63,958 nucleotides of DNA, filler included, from Octopus bimaculoides (GCF_001194135.2; 5 parts of 4 records of this genome joined end to end with filler, not necessarily neighbours in it), one strand, 5' to 3'; shown: positions 49,695-63,316, counted from the whole stretch's first letter. Notes: a model not told the origin generated them from the sequence alone. Numbers and translations are program-made.

Positions 49695-50730
49695 GATGGA
49701 AGAATTAGTGTATATGAGCAGAAGACCATGCATGGTTATGTTAGTAGAAATTTCAGAGACGATAGTAACATTGATCATCAGATCAGTCTGTCATGAACCA
49801 ACAACCGAATTACTACTTACGCTTTGAAGATTAAGCGTTTGCAATTCAGGGACAGGAAATATCAATCAAGTATCTGATGCACGAAAGGGACAAAAATGCA
49901 AGAAAAGCAGCAAAATGTGGCAACCAATGCGGGCTTTGTGAAGTTAACACCGAAGATATCACCCACATCATAAGTAGTTGTCCAAAAATGTCACCACGGT
50001 ACTATCTGCCAATGAGACATGATGCTGTAGCTAGGACACTGTATAAAGAGGTCCCTCGAAAGGATAACGCCGAGGACAAAGAAGTAAGAACCCATGATGC
50101 AAGACAGCCACTCATAATAAAAAGGAATACTGGTGGAATGTACCAGTGAAGACCTCAATAAAATATAAACACAATATACCTGATATAATGATTTGGAATA
50201 AAGAAGATAAACTGTACAGTTGTGGAAATCAGCTGCCCAGCGTATGAAAATCAGAGAAAAAGAGAATACCTACACTGAACTATTGAGAAATCTCCAGTTA
50301 CTCTATCCAGATTACAAGTTCAGGTTTATACCTGTAATTATTGGGGCACTGGGATCTGTAACACATTGCTTAAATACTAATCTTGAGAAGTTAGGCTTCT
50401 CAAAGCCAGAAAGGAGAAGGCTAATTCAAGGACTACAGATCCATTCTATCATTGGAACTGTAGAAATCTGAAAAACTTTCCAGAAGTTTATCATTTAAGT
50501 ATATATGAGTATGTCTAGATATGCAACTATATGCATGAGAATACATGCATAAAATATAAAACATACAAATCTGCACTTATACATACATACATACATACAT
50601 ACATACATACATACATACAAACAAACATACATGATGTTTAAATTCCGATGAAGGAGCCTTGGATCTAGGTTAGAAACCGTCCCTTCTCTATTGGCAAGAA
50701 ATCTTGAAATAAAACTAAATAATGACATAC
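49695..50730 (+). mobile_element. RLE-type non-LTR retrotransposon 3' end (R4/Dong/HERO-like)
   Basis: Has a CCHC knuckle CGLC..EDITHIISSC, RHD, PDIMIW..VEISCP, KENTYTEL and PVIIGALG. The 3' UTR contains (ATAC)n. Confidence 0.82.
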
Positions 50731-50789
50731 ATACATACGTACATACATACATACATACATAAATACATGTATATATCTATATGTGTGTG

Positions 50790-50995
50790 TCTGTGTTGAT
50801 GCCCGCATCGCAGCTTTAAAACCCGTGTTGGTTTGTTTACCTCCCTGTAACTTGACAGTTCGGCAAACAAAAAAGGACCCGATGGAATAAATACCAGGCT
50901 TAAATAAAAGTATTGGGATCGATTTGTTCGGCTAAAACCCTTTCAAAGCGCTGCCCCAGCATTGCCGCAGGCCCAAAACAGAAATAAATAAGAGA
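50790..50995 (+). mobile_element. SINE family A 3' fragment
   Basis: Homologous to 240-420. Confidence 0.65.
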
Positions 50996-51159
50996 CAATT
51001 CAACACATAGCCATTTAACCCACCAGAATTCAATTTTTGTTTAAGTTTTTATTTTGCTTCACTTTTTAACAATGAGTCATCATAATGCATCACTTTGGAC
51101 ACTAATTTCAAATAACCTCGAAATTCAATTTAACTTTTCTCCCTTCGAGATCGATAAAA

Positions 51160-51600
51160 GTTAAATCATGAGGTAGTGAGTTCGATTCCCAGACTGAGCT
51201 GTCTGTTGTGTTCTTGAGCAGAATACTTTATTTCGTATTGTTCCAATTTACTCAGCTGTAGAAATGAGATGTGATGTCACTGGTACTAATCTGTATCAAC
51301 CTTTGCCTTTCCTTTGGATAACGTCGGTGGCATGGAGAGGGGAGGTTGGTATTCATGGATGACAGCTGGTCTTCCATAAATAACCTTGCCCGGACTTGTG
51401 CCTCGGAAGGGAACTTTCTAGGTACAATCCCATGGTCATTCATGACCGAAAGGGGTCTTTACCCTTTTCACTATGTACATATAATGGCGTGAAGATAGGA
51501 AGCTGATATGCATAGGTGACTGCCCGGAACTTGTACCTCGGAGTAGAACTTTCTAGGTGCAATCCCATGGCCATTCATGACCGAAGGGGTCTTTATCCTT
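51160..51600 (+). mobile_element. tRNA-derived SINE-like element with duplicated 3' end
   Basis: Has a B-box gagttcgattccc. The 3' segment 51385-51465 is repeated at 51520-51600. Confidence 0.6.
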
Positions 51601-53169
51601 TATATATATATATATACATCCCTATTGTCTGACTTTTCGAACTTCATTCTTTTTTATTCGGAATCGATTTCATCTACTGTATTCCTCCCTGTAAATTTCC
51701 CTCTGTGTATTTAGTCAAAAGGAAGTGATTATTTTATGAGAGTTAGAAATGTACTAAAGATGATATCGAGAAAGTCAGACTAAATCTAAATAATCTTTCA
51801 TTTGATAAGATCTGTCTCCATTTTCAAAGACTGCGTTGTTAGGCTAAGCTATGGAGCAGACTGAATTAAATATAGATTATTTCTTTCCAGCAGTCCACAT
51901 GACCAATTTATGTGATTGAAAGGTGTAGTCGACCGATTCGAACGCAGTCTATCAACTTGTATTTTTCTGTATCGACTAGTGAAAGATTGTAAGGAAAAGT
52001 CGTCATCGCGAAGGAAATCTGAATTTAAAGCGAAAGAGAAAACGGAAAGAAAGAAATGTAATTAATACTGCAATGCCGGACGCCGTCCCATCTAATCGTA
52101 CCAAACGTCGAGTCAATGAAAGATCTTTTACGTGGTTTCTCGACTTGTTAGAAATAGCAGTCAAATATCCCTCAAACTACATTCTAAATCAGTGGTTCTC
52201 AACTAGGGTCCAGATGAGCCTTGGAGGTCCATATAAGTTTTTGTTGTTAAAATTTATGTGTAATAAATTGCTTATACTTCTAGAATACACAAAATATTTT
52301 AGCAATTTTTAAAATACAATTCCTAGAAATATTTCATTATAAAACTAGAAAAACAATGGAAGAGCGCAGACATCCGCCAAACCAGCAGGAGCAGCACTAC
52401 GACGACGACAACGACCACCAACACCACCAACACCACCACCACAACTATCCTACCACTATCACCACCACCACAACCACCAACATCATCAGCATCATTGTCA
52501 TTGCTTCCACTTCAACGACATACACCGCCATCAACGTTATCATGACGGTTTCCTTGACAGCTACTTTCACCACTACAACCAGTATAACCACTGCAATACC
52601 AACATCACACAGCTAACACTATCATCAACACCATTATTACCACCATCATCTCAACATCACACATCACACCGCTCCTGTCACCATTATAACAACCGATGCT
52701 ATTTTATCCTCATCCCATACTTATCTCGACCATCGTCATCATCAACACTGTCTCTGCTTTCACCACAATCACCGCGATCAGTTTCTTTACATAGTTGAAA
52801 ATCCATTATCCGATACTCATGGGACCGAGGTTGCTGCAGATTTTTTATCTTTCTAATTTCGGAGTGCTTTATTAAAAAAGAAAATTGCATCTACAAAACG
52901 GAACAGTTTGAGGATAGAAACCAGGTCTAAACACAATAGCTTATAGACATACTCTGAATGTAGTTCTATGTAAATCTTTAATAATTTTTTTATATACTTA
53001 AGACCATCAGAGATGTTAAGGTATCAGCCTCTACCCACGTTGTCATGCTTTGATTAAAAGGTTACAGCATAGATTAGATTCCTTAGATAAGTTTCGGCCG
53101 AAGTTGACTCAGGCCATGTCTAATTTAATAGCACCACCTGGAAGAGATACACAGTCAGCTCTGGGGAAC

Positions 53170-53551
53170 AGTAGCCCATTCAAGCAGAGGGTTATTGTTT
53201 TCAGAGACATATCTGGGTGTGGGTGGTTTATCTGGTATTTATTGGGGGTAATCATCTAGAGATCGTTTGAATGCCGTAAAGTCACTTTCCTCCTTTATGT
53301 GAGTCTGGCACGATGTTGAAGAGAGCAGGGCCAACTGAGGTGAAATAGTTCTGTCATAGTGTTGTGATACGACACGAACATTTCTGTAGTGGACGGATGG
53401 CACGGGGGTCCAAGACTCGGACGAATTTTAAAGATGGGCAATGTTGATAGAATATTTTCCACATCACACAGATGATATAGAACTCACAGCGACGGTGGAG
53501 GGAGCAAAGTCTGAGCTTTTTGAGTCGATCCCAATAGTCAAGGTTTGTCAT
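53170..53551 (-). mobile_element. CR1/L2-like LINE 3' end
   Basis: Reads LDYWDRLKKLRLCSLHRR..IICVMWKI, GPALFNIVP and FKRSLD, typical of the post-RT C-terminus of this group. Confidence 0.7.
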
Positions 53552-53552
53552 A

Positions 53553-54028
53553 TTATCCTCCGCAGACCTCCGCCAAGTAGCTCATTTTAAGATAGATACG
53601 CGAGTAAAATTACTAATAGAGAAACGAAAATAAACTTTGGAAGCAGCAACGCCACCATAGGTTACGTGCAAACGATGAACGTATTTTCAAGGAAAGATAA
53701 TCAAAGAACGTAACATTGTAATACTTCATGTAAAGTAAATATAACAAAGGAAAAATCCNNNNNNNNNNCGATGAACGTATTTTCAAGGAAAGATAATCAA
53801 AGAACGTAACATTGTAATACTTCATGTAAAGTAAATATAACAAAGGAAAAATCCTTCAAAAATCCAAAAAACCAAAATTTTCTCATCTATTCCTTATGTC
53901 ATTACCAACTTTTCCTGCAAGTTTCATCAAAAACCATTCACAACTTTTTGAGTTATTTTGCACACCTACGGATAGACGGACAAACCAACGGCGATGAAAA
54001 CATAACCTCCTTCTTTGGCGGAGATAAG
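53553..54028 (-). mobile_element. Helentron-type non-autonomous element (HINE-like)
   Basis: On the minus strand, 5' ctccgccaaagaaggaggttatgttttc and the 3' subterminal inverted ttggcggaggtctgc are both present. Confidence 0.65.
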
Positions 54029-55149
54029 TATGATAGGATTTTTTAAAATATCGAATAGCTGTGATTCTCCCAGAGTAAAATAGAAATGAAAGGGATTTTT
54101 TTTTAATATGGATAGCTATGAGTCCAGCAGAGCAAAATAGGAATCAAAGGGGTCCACAGCCCAAAAGTGGCTGAGAACCACTGCTCCACAAGATGACACG
54201 TTCATGAAAAAATATAGCTGATAATCACGGATAGAATGCCTTTGATTAAAGGGTTGTAAAGTCACGTCCGACTTGGCATTAAATAACAGCAGTAAAGTTA
54301 TGAACAGTAGAAAAGTCTTGATCCGATTTATTCAAACCAATCACAACTCATCATTCCTACTGATGGATATTGTGTTGATTGAGGATTTGTTGGAGATGAT
54401 ACTCTCTTAGTTGAGACGGATTAAACCTTATGCCACACAATTTCACTTTTACACTAATTTGATAATTTATACGTCTTTGATTAGACAAGGACCAATGTGT
54501 GTGGTGTGTGTGTTTGTGTGTGGTGTGTGTGTTTGTGTGTGGTGTGTGTGTTTGTGTGTGTGTGGAAATTCAAAGATCATGAATTGGAATGTGTTCCAAT
54601 AACAGAACAACGTCAAGAAACCACACCATATTCAATTTATCTTGTAAACTACTGTTTCGCTGAAAAGTTTTACATATCAAAGTGAGAGTGGTGTAACTTA
54701 ACAGTAAATTCGAAATATAATATAGTAATCATCTTCAAAAACTAAATGTCTTCAGCAATTAGACAATTCCTTTTGGCTTCTATAACTCTATTCGAACTCA
54801 CAAGCTATAGATTCAGAAAGCGTAGTAATATACATGTCATTCGACGATAATCGCATTTCTGGAGCACATGCTTTCCCTTACTGCTTGACAACTTAAAGAT
54901 ATGTCAACAATATCCATGTTTCGGCTCTGCAACATATTCGACCACGTGATTTATTCCCATCAATTCAAATCAATCAAGCTGCTGAGAATATATAGCTTTA
55001 TTCATTCGCATGGTTATTGATCACACATACTGCATGTACTTGAACTCTGAGTTGCAATATATGGAGTCTTCAATTAAGTGCTTTATGTGTGTGAGTGCGT
55101 CAATGTGTGTGTGTGAGTGTGTGTGTGTGCGTGCGTGTGTATATATTTG

Positions 55150-55260
55150 TTATTTCTTTATTGCCCACAAGGGGATAAACATAGAGGGGACAAACAAGGA
55201 CAGACAAAGGGATTAAGTCGATTACAACGACCCTAGTGCGTAACTGGTACTTAATTTATC
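55150..55260 (-). mobile_element. SINE family B alternative-tail fragment
   Basis: The tatttctttattgcccacaagggg tail matches 34995 and 49581. Confidence 0.75.
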
Positions 55261-55630
55261 GTGTGTCATTGTTCAGTTATATTTCAAGATTTCTTGCCAG
55301 TAGAGAAAGAGTCGGTCTGTAACCTAAATCCAAAGCTCCTTCTTTGGAATTTCAACAACATCAATCAACAGGGTATTTTTATGTATGTATGTATGTATGT
55401 ATTATGTATGTATGTATGTATGTATGTATGTATGTATGTTTATGTGCATATTTGTACGTTTTGTTTTATTTATGTCTTCTCATGCATATAGTTGCTTATA
55501 TAGACATGCTCGTGGTTTTCAGAAGCCGAATTTGTCAAGATTGGTATTTAGGCACTACGTTACATACCCTCAGGCCCCAATAATTACAGGTATAAACCTG
55601 AACTTCTAATCTGGATAAAGTAGCTGTACG
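55261..55630 (-). mobile_element. Second, shorter copy of the RLE LINE 3' end
   Basis: Reverse complement of 50300-50730 with an internal deletion, abutting (GTAT)n. Confidence 0.8.
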
Positions 55631-56046
55631 TATGAATGTAGACATGCATACATGTATGTATGTATGTATGTATGTATGTATGTATATATGCATGCATGTA
55701 TGTATGTAGGTAGGTATGTATGTATGTGCGTGTGTGTGTGTGTGTATGTATGCATGTACGTATGTAAATATGCATGTATGTATGTATGTATGTATGTATG
55801 TATGTATGTATGTATGTTTGTATGAATGTATGTATGTATGTATGTATGTCTACCTGATCCTTGCCTCAGGATCGGGAAAGAAAAAAATCTCACCTACACT
55901 CAAGTTTGAATAGTGTGTATGTGTATTTATTTGTATATATGTATTTATTTATGTTTGTATAGGTGCAAACGCAAGTGGTTTGAAACTTCAAATCTTTACC
56001 ACAAACCACCAAGAAAGATGGTTTTGGTGGTAGCATGTTAATATGA

Positions 56047-56077
<31 letters not shown>

Positions 56078-56611
56078 CGTGTGTATGTGTGTGTGTGTGG
56101 CTGTATGTCTGTGTATGCGCACATATGTGTATATATATATATACATATGTAGACATGTTTATATATCCATACTTACATGTATGCATACCTATATTATACA
56201 TCCATACATACGTTCAAAGACACACAGACGCATATATATATATGCACATACGTATATATGCACATACGTATATATATACGTATATATATATATATGTATA
56301 TATATATATANNNNNNNNNNNNNNNNNNNNNNNNNNNNNNNNNNNNNNNNNNNNNNNNNNNNNNNNNNNNNNNNNNNNNNNNNNNNNNNNNNNNNNNNNN
56401 NNNNNNNNNNNNNNNNNNNNNNNNNNNNNNNNNNNNNNNNNNNNNNNNNNNNNNNNNNNNNNNNNNNNNNNNNNNNNNNNNNNNNNNNNNNNNNNNNNNN
56501 NNNNNNNNNNNNNNTGTGTGTGTGTGTATGTGTATGTGTGTGTGTGTATAAGTACATGTGTGTGTATGTGCGCATATGTATATTTGTATGTACATATATA
56601 TATCTGTGTGG

Positions 56612-56642
<31 letters not shown>

Positions 56643-57130
56643 CATACATACATACATATGCTCATCGTTGTGTGTGTGTATGCGTGTGTGTGATGCGAAA
56701 AGAGAGAAATGGAGAGTGAACGAAAGAGGAAAGAAAGTGACTTTCTTAATATCTTTACTTCCGCCTATCTATTTCCTTCACTCTGTTTACTCTTTGTTAA
56801 ACTGCTGTAGCTTGGAGTGTAATTTGACCGTTGTGCTCGGACAATGGTGACCAGTGATTAACAACAGACAATGTGGAACGTCTGAGTTTTCAAAGTATTA
56901 TTTTTCAAATCGATATAGTAAAATTTGATTCCCATATGTGGGCCGATATAAATAAATAAATAAATAAATAAAAGGCAACCAAAAACAAAGGAATTATGCA
57001 GCGTTGCGTTTATAAATAAGCAAATAAAACGAATAAATAAATAAATAAATATTAATATGGCATTCGAGTGAAGTCAACACGGAAAATGATCTTCCCTATA
57101 GTATTCACATCGCGTGTGTTTGTCTCCTAT

Positions 57131-57131
57131 A

Positions 57132-57203
<72 letters not shown>
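57131..57203. repeat. (AAT)n microsatellite
   Basis: Directly visible. Confidence 0.95.
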
Positions 57204-57208
<5 letters not shown>

Positions 57209-58314
57209 GAACACCGCTTTGTTTTTATTGAAACTGACTCTACAGAAATATTAACCACGTGGGGTTTTTTTGTTTNNNNNNNNNNNNNNNNNNNNNNNNN
57301 NNNNNNNNNNNNNNNNNNNNNNNNNNNNNNNNNNNNNNNNNNNNNNNNNNNNNNNNNNNNNNNNNNNNNNNNNNNNNNNNNNNNNNNNNNNNNNNNNNNN
57401 NNNNNNNNNNNNNNNNNNNNNNNNNNNNNNNNNNNNNNNNNNNNNNNNNNNNNNNNNNNNNNNNNNNNNNNNNNNNNNNNNNNNNNNNNNNNNNNNNNNN
57501 NNNNNNNNNNNNNNNNNNNNNNNNNNNNNNNNNNNNNNNNNNNNNNNNNNNNNNNNNNNNNNNNNNNNNNNNNNNNNNNNNNNNNNNNNNNNNNNTATAT
57601 ACTGCGACTGATTTACATCTAACGCTGCAAGTGAGACATTTTAAATGTGGCTGGTGAAATTCACATAAAGATAGTGACCGCCGCAGACCTACACACGGAT
57701 ATGGATTTTACAGAACACCATGGCTAGTTAGTATCTTTTAATGAGGGAGTTGGCTATATAAACAAAAACGGTCGATAGCTATTATAGCCTTGCAACATGA
57801 AAACACACCAGGAAACAGACTCAGAGGACATCTCTATGAAAATTTTCACGGTTAGTACATTTAAGTTGCCAAATCGGTTCAATTTTCTTTCCTCCCAAGT
57901 CGTCCTGAATCTAGAAAGTTCTAGCAAGTACTATGCCTCGCTGAAGTTGTCTAAGTCGATTGGAACATTCCCAGAGTTGACACCACATTTTACTAAAGAT
58001 TACACCACATTTTACTAAAGATTACACCACTCCTCATGGCGTGCTCTTATTCAATTTTGATTAATTATGCTTTCAGACTTATCTCCCTTGCAACCTTCTC
58101 TTGACCAGAGATCTTTTAAATTTTATCTTTTCTTCGATTCTGTAATTGGAATGCGATCATTGAAGTGTTTGATCAAATGAATCGACCCTAATGCTTACTT
58201 TGCTTTTTAAGTCTGGTACTTATTGTATCACTCTCTTTTACCGAACTGCCAGGTTGCACCGATGCAAACAAACCAACACCAGCGTGAGGATCATACACAA
58301 GCACAATGGTACAC

Positions 58315-58345
<31 letters not shown>

Positions 58346-58350
58346 CACAC

Positions 58351-58393
<43 letters not shown>

Positions 58394-59151
58394 NNNNNNN
58401 NNNNNNNNNNNNNNNNNNNNNNNNNNNNNNNNNNNNNNNNNNNNNNNNNNNNNNNNNNNNNNNNNNNNNNNNNNNNNNNNNNNNNNNNNNNNNNNNNNNN
58501 NNNNNNNNNNNNNNNNNNNNNNNNNNNNNNNNNNNNNNNNNNNNNNNNNNNNNNNNNNNNNNNNNNNNNNNNNNNNNNNNNNNNNNNNNNNNNNNNNNNN
58601 NNNNNNNNNNNNNNNNNNNNNNNNNNNNNNNNNNNNNNNNNNNNNNNNNNNNNNNNNNNNNNNNNNNNNNNNNNNNNNNNNNNNNNNNNNNNNNNNNNNN
58701 NNNNNNNNNNNNNNNNNNNNNNNNNNNNNNNNNNNNNNNNNNNNNNNNNNNNNNNNNNNNNNNNNNNNNNNNNNNNNNNNNNNNNNNNNNNNNNNNNNNN
58801 NNNNNNNNNNNNNNNNNNNNNNNNNNNNNNNNNNNNNNNNNNNNNNNNNNNNNNNNNNNNNNNNNNNNNNNNNNNNNNNNNNNNNNNNNNNNNNNNNNNN
58901 NNNNNNNNNNNNNNNNNNNNNNNNNNNNNNNNNNNNNNNNNNNNNNNNNNNNNNNNNNNNNNNNNNNNNNNNNNNNNNNNNNNNNNNNNNNNNNNNNNNN
59001 NNNNNNNNNNNNNNNNNNNNNNNNNNNNNNNNNNNNNNNNNNNNNNNNNNNNNNNNNNNNNNNNNNNNNNNNNNNNNNNNNNNNNNNNNNNNNNNNNNNN
59101 NNNNNNNNNNNNNNNNNNNNNNNNNNNNNNNNNNNNNNNNNNNNNNNNNNN

Positions 59152-59184
<33 letters not shown>

Positions 59185-59307
59185 CGAGTAAGCACTTAAA
59201 TGTGAAAGAAGGTGGAGAAAAATAGAACTCGAATATCGGAAGTAGAGTAATATTCTTTATTAATAAAGCTGCAAAGACATCACAAAAGCTGTTACTCTGA
59301 GTTTCAC

Positions 59308-59714
59308 GTTTCCGTTCGTCGGACAGTTTGGGTTGAGAAATGGAACAAAAATAAGGTAACATGGATAAGTATATAATTACGTTGATAGATGCACATTTGA
59401 AAATGGTTTTGTTTCATTGGTCCTTTCAACTAATGGTCTTTTCAATAAACGGTTATATGAAATTACGTATAATCAATAATTTGCTTTACTAAAGCTAATT
59501 TTTGATTTAAGGATTTCGTCGATTTTTATAATAATGTGATTTTAAATCGTAATTGTAATTTCATATAGCCGGTTATTGAAAAGACCATTAGTTGAAAGGA
59601 CCAATGAAACGAAGCCATTTTCAAATGTGTATCTATCAACGTAATTATCTATTTATGCCTGTAACCTTATTTTTTATCCATTTCTCAACCAAAATTGTCC
59701 GACGAACGGGAAAC
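59308..59714. repeat. Fold-back element, arms about 160 bp, loop about 90 bp
   Basis: 59308-59466 is the reverse complement of 59555-59714 with scattered mismatches. Confidence 0.88.
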
Positions 59715-59720
59715 ATTATT

Positions 59721-60080
59721 GTACTAGAAAGTACCATCTTTGCTAGAAATAGGAGTCAGATGAAGTCAGAAGGTACAGAAAGCTCACTGAAAACAAACAT
59801 GGTGAAAGCGGGCGGTGAATAAAAATTATAGCTCCTACCTTTGCAAAGGCCGCAAAAGAAATGGCAAGTAACTTAATACGGGTTTAGAGCTCTGAGCTAC
59901 AAAAAAAAAAACCACTCTTTCCTCTTCAGTTAAGTTTGCTGCAAAAAATGCCAAATATAAAAACATACACCTCTACCATACTTGCGTGTTCGCTTTCACA
60001 ATGCTTGTTTTCTGAGAGCTTCCAGAGAGCTTCGGAGTTCATCTGACTCCTTTTCTAGCAAAGATGGTACTTTCTAGTAC
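59721..60080. repeat. Second adjacent fold-back element, arms about 90 bp
   Basis: gtactagaaagtaccatctttgctagaaa... pairs with ...ttttctagcaaagatggtactttctagtac. Confidence 0.85.
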
Positions 60081-60101
60081 TTTATTGTTTTTAAATTTAC
60101 C

Positions 60102-60164
<63 letters not shown>

Positions 60165-60265
60165 NNNNNNNNNNNNNNNNNNNNNNNNNNNNNNNNNNNN
60201 NNNNNNNNTTAATTAATTAANNNNNNNNNNNNNNNNNNNNNNNNNNNNNNNNNNNNNNNNNNNNC

Positions 60266-61176
60266 CATGCGTTTAAATGGCTTTCTTGGTCATATTGGCG
60301 ATATGAGGGCGGGCGTTGTCGTGCAGCAGAAGAACTCCATGCTGCCGATCAGGTCTTTTCTCTTGAATAGCCGTGTTGAGTCGTTCCATCTGTTGAACAG
60401 AGAGTTCCGCATTTACCGTTTGGTTCCGTTCAAGCAATTCGTAATGGATAATCCCTTCCCAGTCCCACCATATGCACAACATCGTTTTACGCTGATGAAG
60501 ATCTTGTCTCAGGCGCAGTGTCACTTGTTTACTGGGGCTTAGCTATTCCTTAGGCTGCTTCATATTGATGTACAAGCACCATTTTTCGTCACTAGTAACG
60601 ATTCGATAAAGAAATCGTTGCTTGTGCGGTGACGAGCAAGCAAACCAGCGGAGATTGTGACTAGTTGATTTTTGTTGTTGTCACTTAAAGCATGCGGAGC
60701 CCATGCTCCATACTTCTGAACCTTTCCCATCGAGTGAAGATGCTTCTCTATAGCAGTGTGAGAGCATTCCATTTTCTCTGTCAGTTCCCTTGTCATTTGA
60801 CGAGAATTTTCGTGCAAAAGTTGGTTTAATCGCTCTTCATCGAACTCAATTGGACGGCCAGAAGGAGGTGCGTCTTTGAAGTCAAAATTTCCATTTTTTA
60901 ACATGACATACCAATCACGAGCGGTTCTTTCAGCTATGGTACCCTCTCCATACACAGTACAAATGTCGCGAGCAGCTTTTGCGGCCTTAGAACCTTTTTG
61001 AAAAGCAAAACGGGGGTGTCGAAAATGCACGTTTTTCTTAACTTGACATTCCATTTTAATGATCTTAAAATAAACAAAAATTAAATAAAATTAACTCGAA
61101 AAAAAATACAAAATAGATTCAAAAATGATTCAAAAATACAATTCTCGTAAAAATAGATTTCAAAATTTAAAAACGC
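60266..61176 (-). mobile_element. Decayed mariner transposase
   Basis: ORFs 60560..61054 (AWAPHAL, HTH region) and 60273..60524 (LLLHDNARPH). Both ends fall in gaps. Confidence 0.9.
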
Positions 61177-61499
61177 NNNNNNNNNNNNNNNNNNNNNNNN
61201 NNNNNNNNNNNNNNNNNNNNNNNNNNNNNNNNNNNNNNNNNNNNNNNNNNNNNNNNNNNNNNNNNNNNNNNNNNNNNNNNNNNNNNNNNNNNNNNNNNNN
61301 NNNNNNNNNNNNNNNNNNNNNNNNNNNNNNNNNNNNNNNNNNNNNNNNNNNNNNNNNNNNNNNNNNNNNNNNNNNNNNNNNNNNNNNNNNNNNNNNNNNN
61401 NNNNNNNNNNNNNNTACCAGTCATGTACTAGGGTCAATGTAACTCCAAAAATATCAAGCCTAGTGCCTACAGTAGAAAGAATTGTTATTATAAATGCTA

Positions 61500-61865
61500 A
61501 GCAACGCAGGTAAAATGCTTATTGGCATTTCGTCCGTCTTTACGTTCTAAGTTCAAATTCCACCAAGTTTGACTTTACCTTTCATTTTTTAGAGGTCCGT
61601 AAAATAAGTACCACTTGATCACTGGGATCCATGCAATCGACTAACACCCTCCCCCGAAACTGCTGGTCTTGTGCCAAAATTTAGAATCATTATCAATCCT
61701 AAGCAGTATTTTTTCCGACTGTTCTGAGTTAAAATCCCACTGAGGTAAATTTTGCCTTTCATCCTTTCAGAGTCGACGAAATAAAATACCAGTCAAGTAT
61801 CGGAGTCAATGCAATTGACTTGTCTCCTCCCTTCAAATTGATCGCCTTGTACTAAAATCAGAAAG
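61500..61865 (+). mobile_element. Two SINE family B copies in plus orientation
   Basis: gttcaaattccacc...ctttcat...aagtacca read directly on the plus strand. Confidence 0.7.
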
Positions 61866-61954
61866 GTGCAAGATTCGGGGGATTTTCATCAGGCCTAAAA
61901 CAGCAAACCGTCACGTGCGCTGTCATCGTGATGCATTGTAAATAACATTTGCAG

Positions 61955-62310
61955 GTGCATGTGTGGTTGTGTGGTAAGAGGTTTGCTTCCCAATCACAGG
62001 GTTTCGGTTTCAGCCCTTCTACTATGGGTCCGAGCTGACGAAAGCTTTGCTAGTGGATTTGGCAGGCGAAAACTGAAAGAAGCCCTTCGTATGCAGAATG
62101 TATGTACGTACGTATGTATGTATGTATCTGTGTGTATTTGCCTTTGTGCCTGTGTTTGCTCCCTACCACCGCTTGACAACCGGTATAGGTGACTGTTATG
62201 TAATTATCATATTTAAAAATAATGTTCTGGTATCTATTCGTCCAACTAAAGCCCTTCGCGGTGGTATTCCAGCATGGTTATTCTCCAATAAGTGAAACCA
62301 GTAAAAGATA
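61955..62310 (+). mobile_element. Decayed SINE family A
   Basis: Contains the gtggatttggcaggcgaaaactgaaagaagccc core. Confidence 0.7.
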
Positions 62311-62339
62311 AAAGAAAACAGATGGATGCTATATATCAC

Positions 62340-62726
62340 GACTTTGACATACTTTGTTGTTGTTGGCACTCCGTCGCTTACGACGTCGAGGGTTTCAGTT
62401 GATTCGGTCAACGGAACAGCCTGCTCGTGAAATTAACGTGTAAGTAGCTGAGCACTCCACAGACACGTGTACCCTTAACGTAGTTCTCGGGGACATTCAG
62501 CGTGACGCTGTATGACAAGGCTGACCTTTTCAATTACAGGCACAACAGAAACAGGAAGTAAGAGGGAGAGAAAGTTGTGGTGAAAGAGTACAGCAGGGTT
62601 CGCCACCATCCCCTGCCGTAGCCTCGTGGAGCTTTCGGTGTTTTTCGCTCAATAAACACTAACAACGTCCGGTCTGGGGATCGAAACGGCTATCCTATGA
62701 CCGTGAGTCCGCTGCCCTAACCACTT
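62340..62726 (-). mobile_element. tRNA-derived SINE family C
   Basis: The minus-strand head agtggttagggcagcggactc...gtttcgatcccc is tRNA-like. Confidence 0.75.
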
Positions 62727-63167
62727 GACATACTTTAGAAAGCCACTAATTTTAAAATGGGATGCTTTGGTCGGTATGAAACGTTGACACCCGTTTGGCA
62801 AATAGAAGTTGTCTGCAATCCCAGAAGGAGGTCTTCATGAAAAAAAATCAATATANNNNNNNNNNNNNNNNNNNNNNNNNNNNNNNNNNNNNNNNNNNNT
62901 TAATTAATTAANNNNNNNNNNNNNNNNNNNNNNNNNNNNNNNNNNNNNNNNNNNNCCCCCGCTCTCTCTATGCATACATGTCTCGTTTCCTATTTATCTG
63001 CATTTCGCTTGTGTTTCTGGCGTCAGCCAAAAAAAGACCTCTTGACTTTGTGTGCCTATATATACATATATACTATTTCGTTTTTGTCTATCTCTCTTTC
63101 TTCCTTTCTCTCTCTCTTTATCTCTCAGACCCTCTCTCTCACTCTCTCTGTCTATACATATATATGC

Positions 63168-63266
<99 letters not shown>

Positions 63267-63280
63267 CATGTATGTATATA

Positions 63281-63316
<36 letters not shown>

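Noticed and set aside
59696-59714. CCGACGA-acgg-GAAAC at the fold-back arm ends as an ultra-minimal hammerhead
   Set aside because: It has no stem II pairing, no stem I and a U4C change.
62680-62726. tRNA-like sequences here and at SINE heads as tRNA genes
   Set aside because: They continue directly into repeated SINE bodies and lack a complete cloverleaf.
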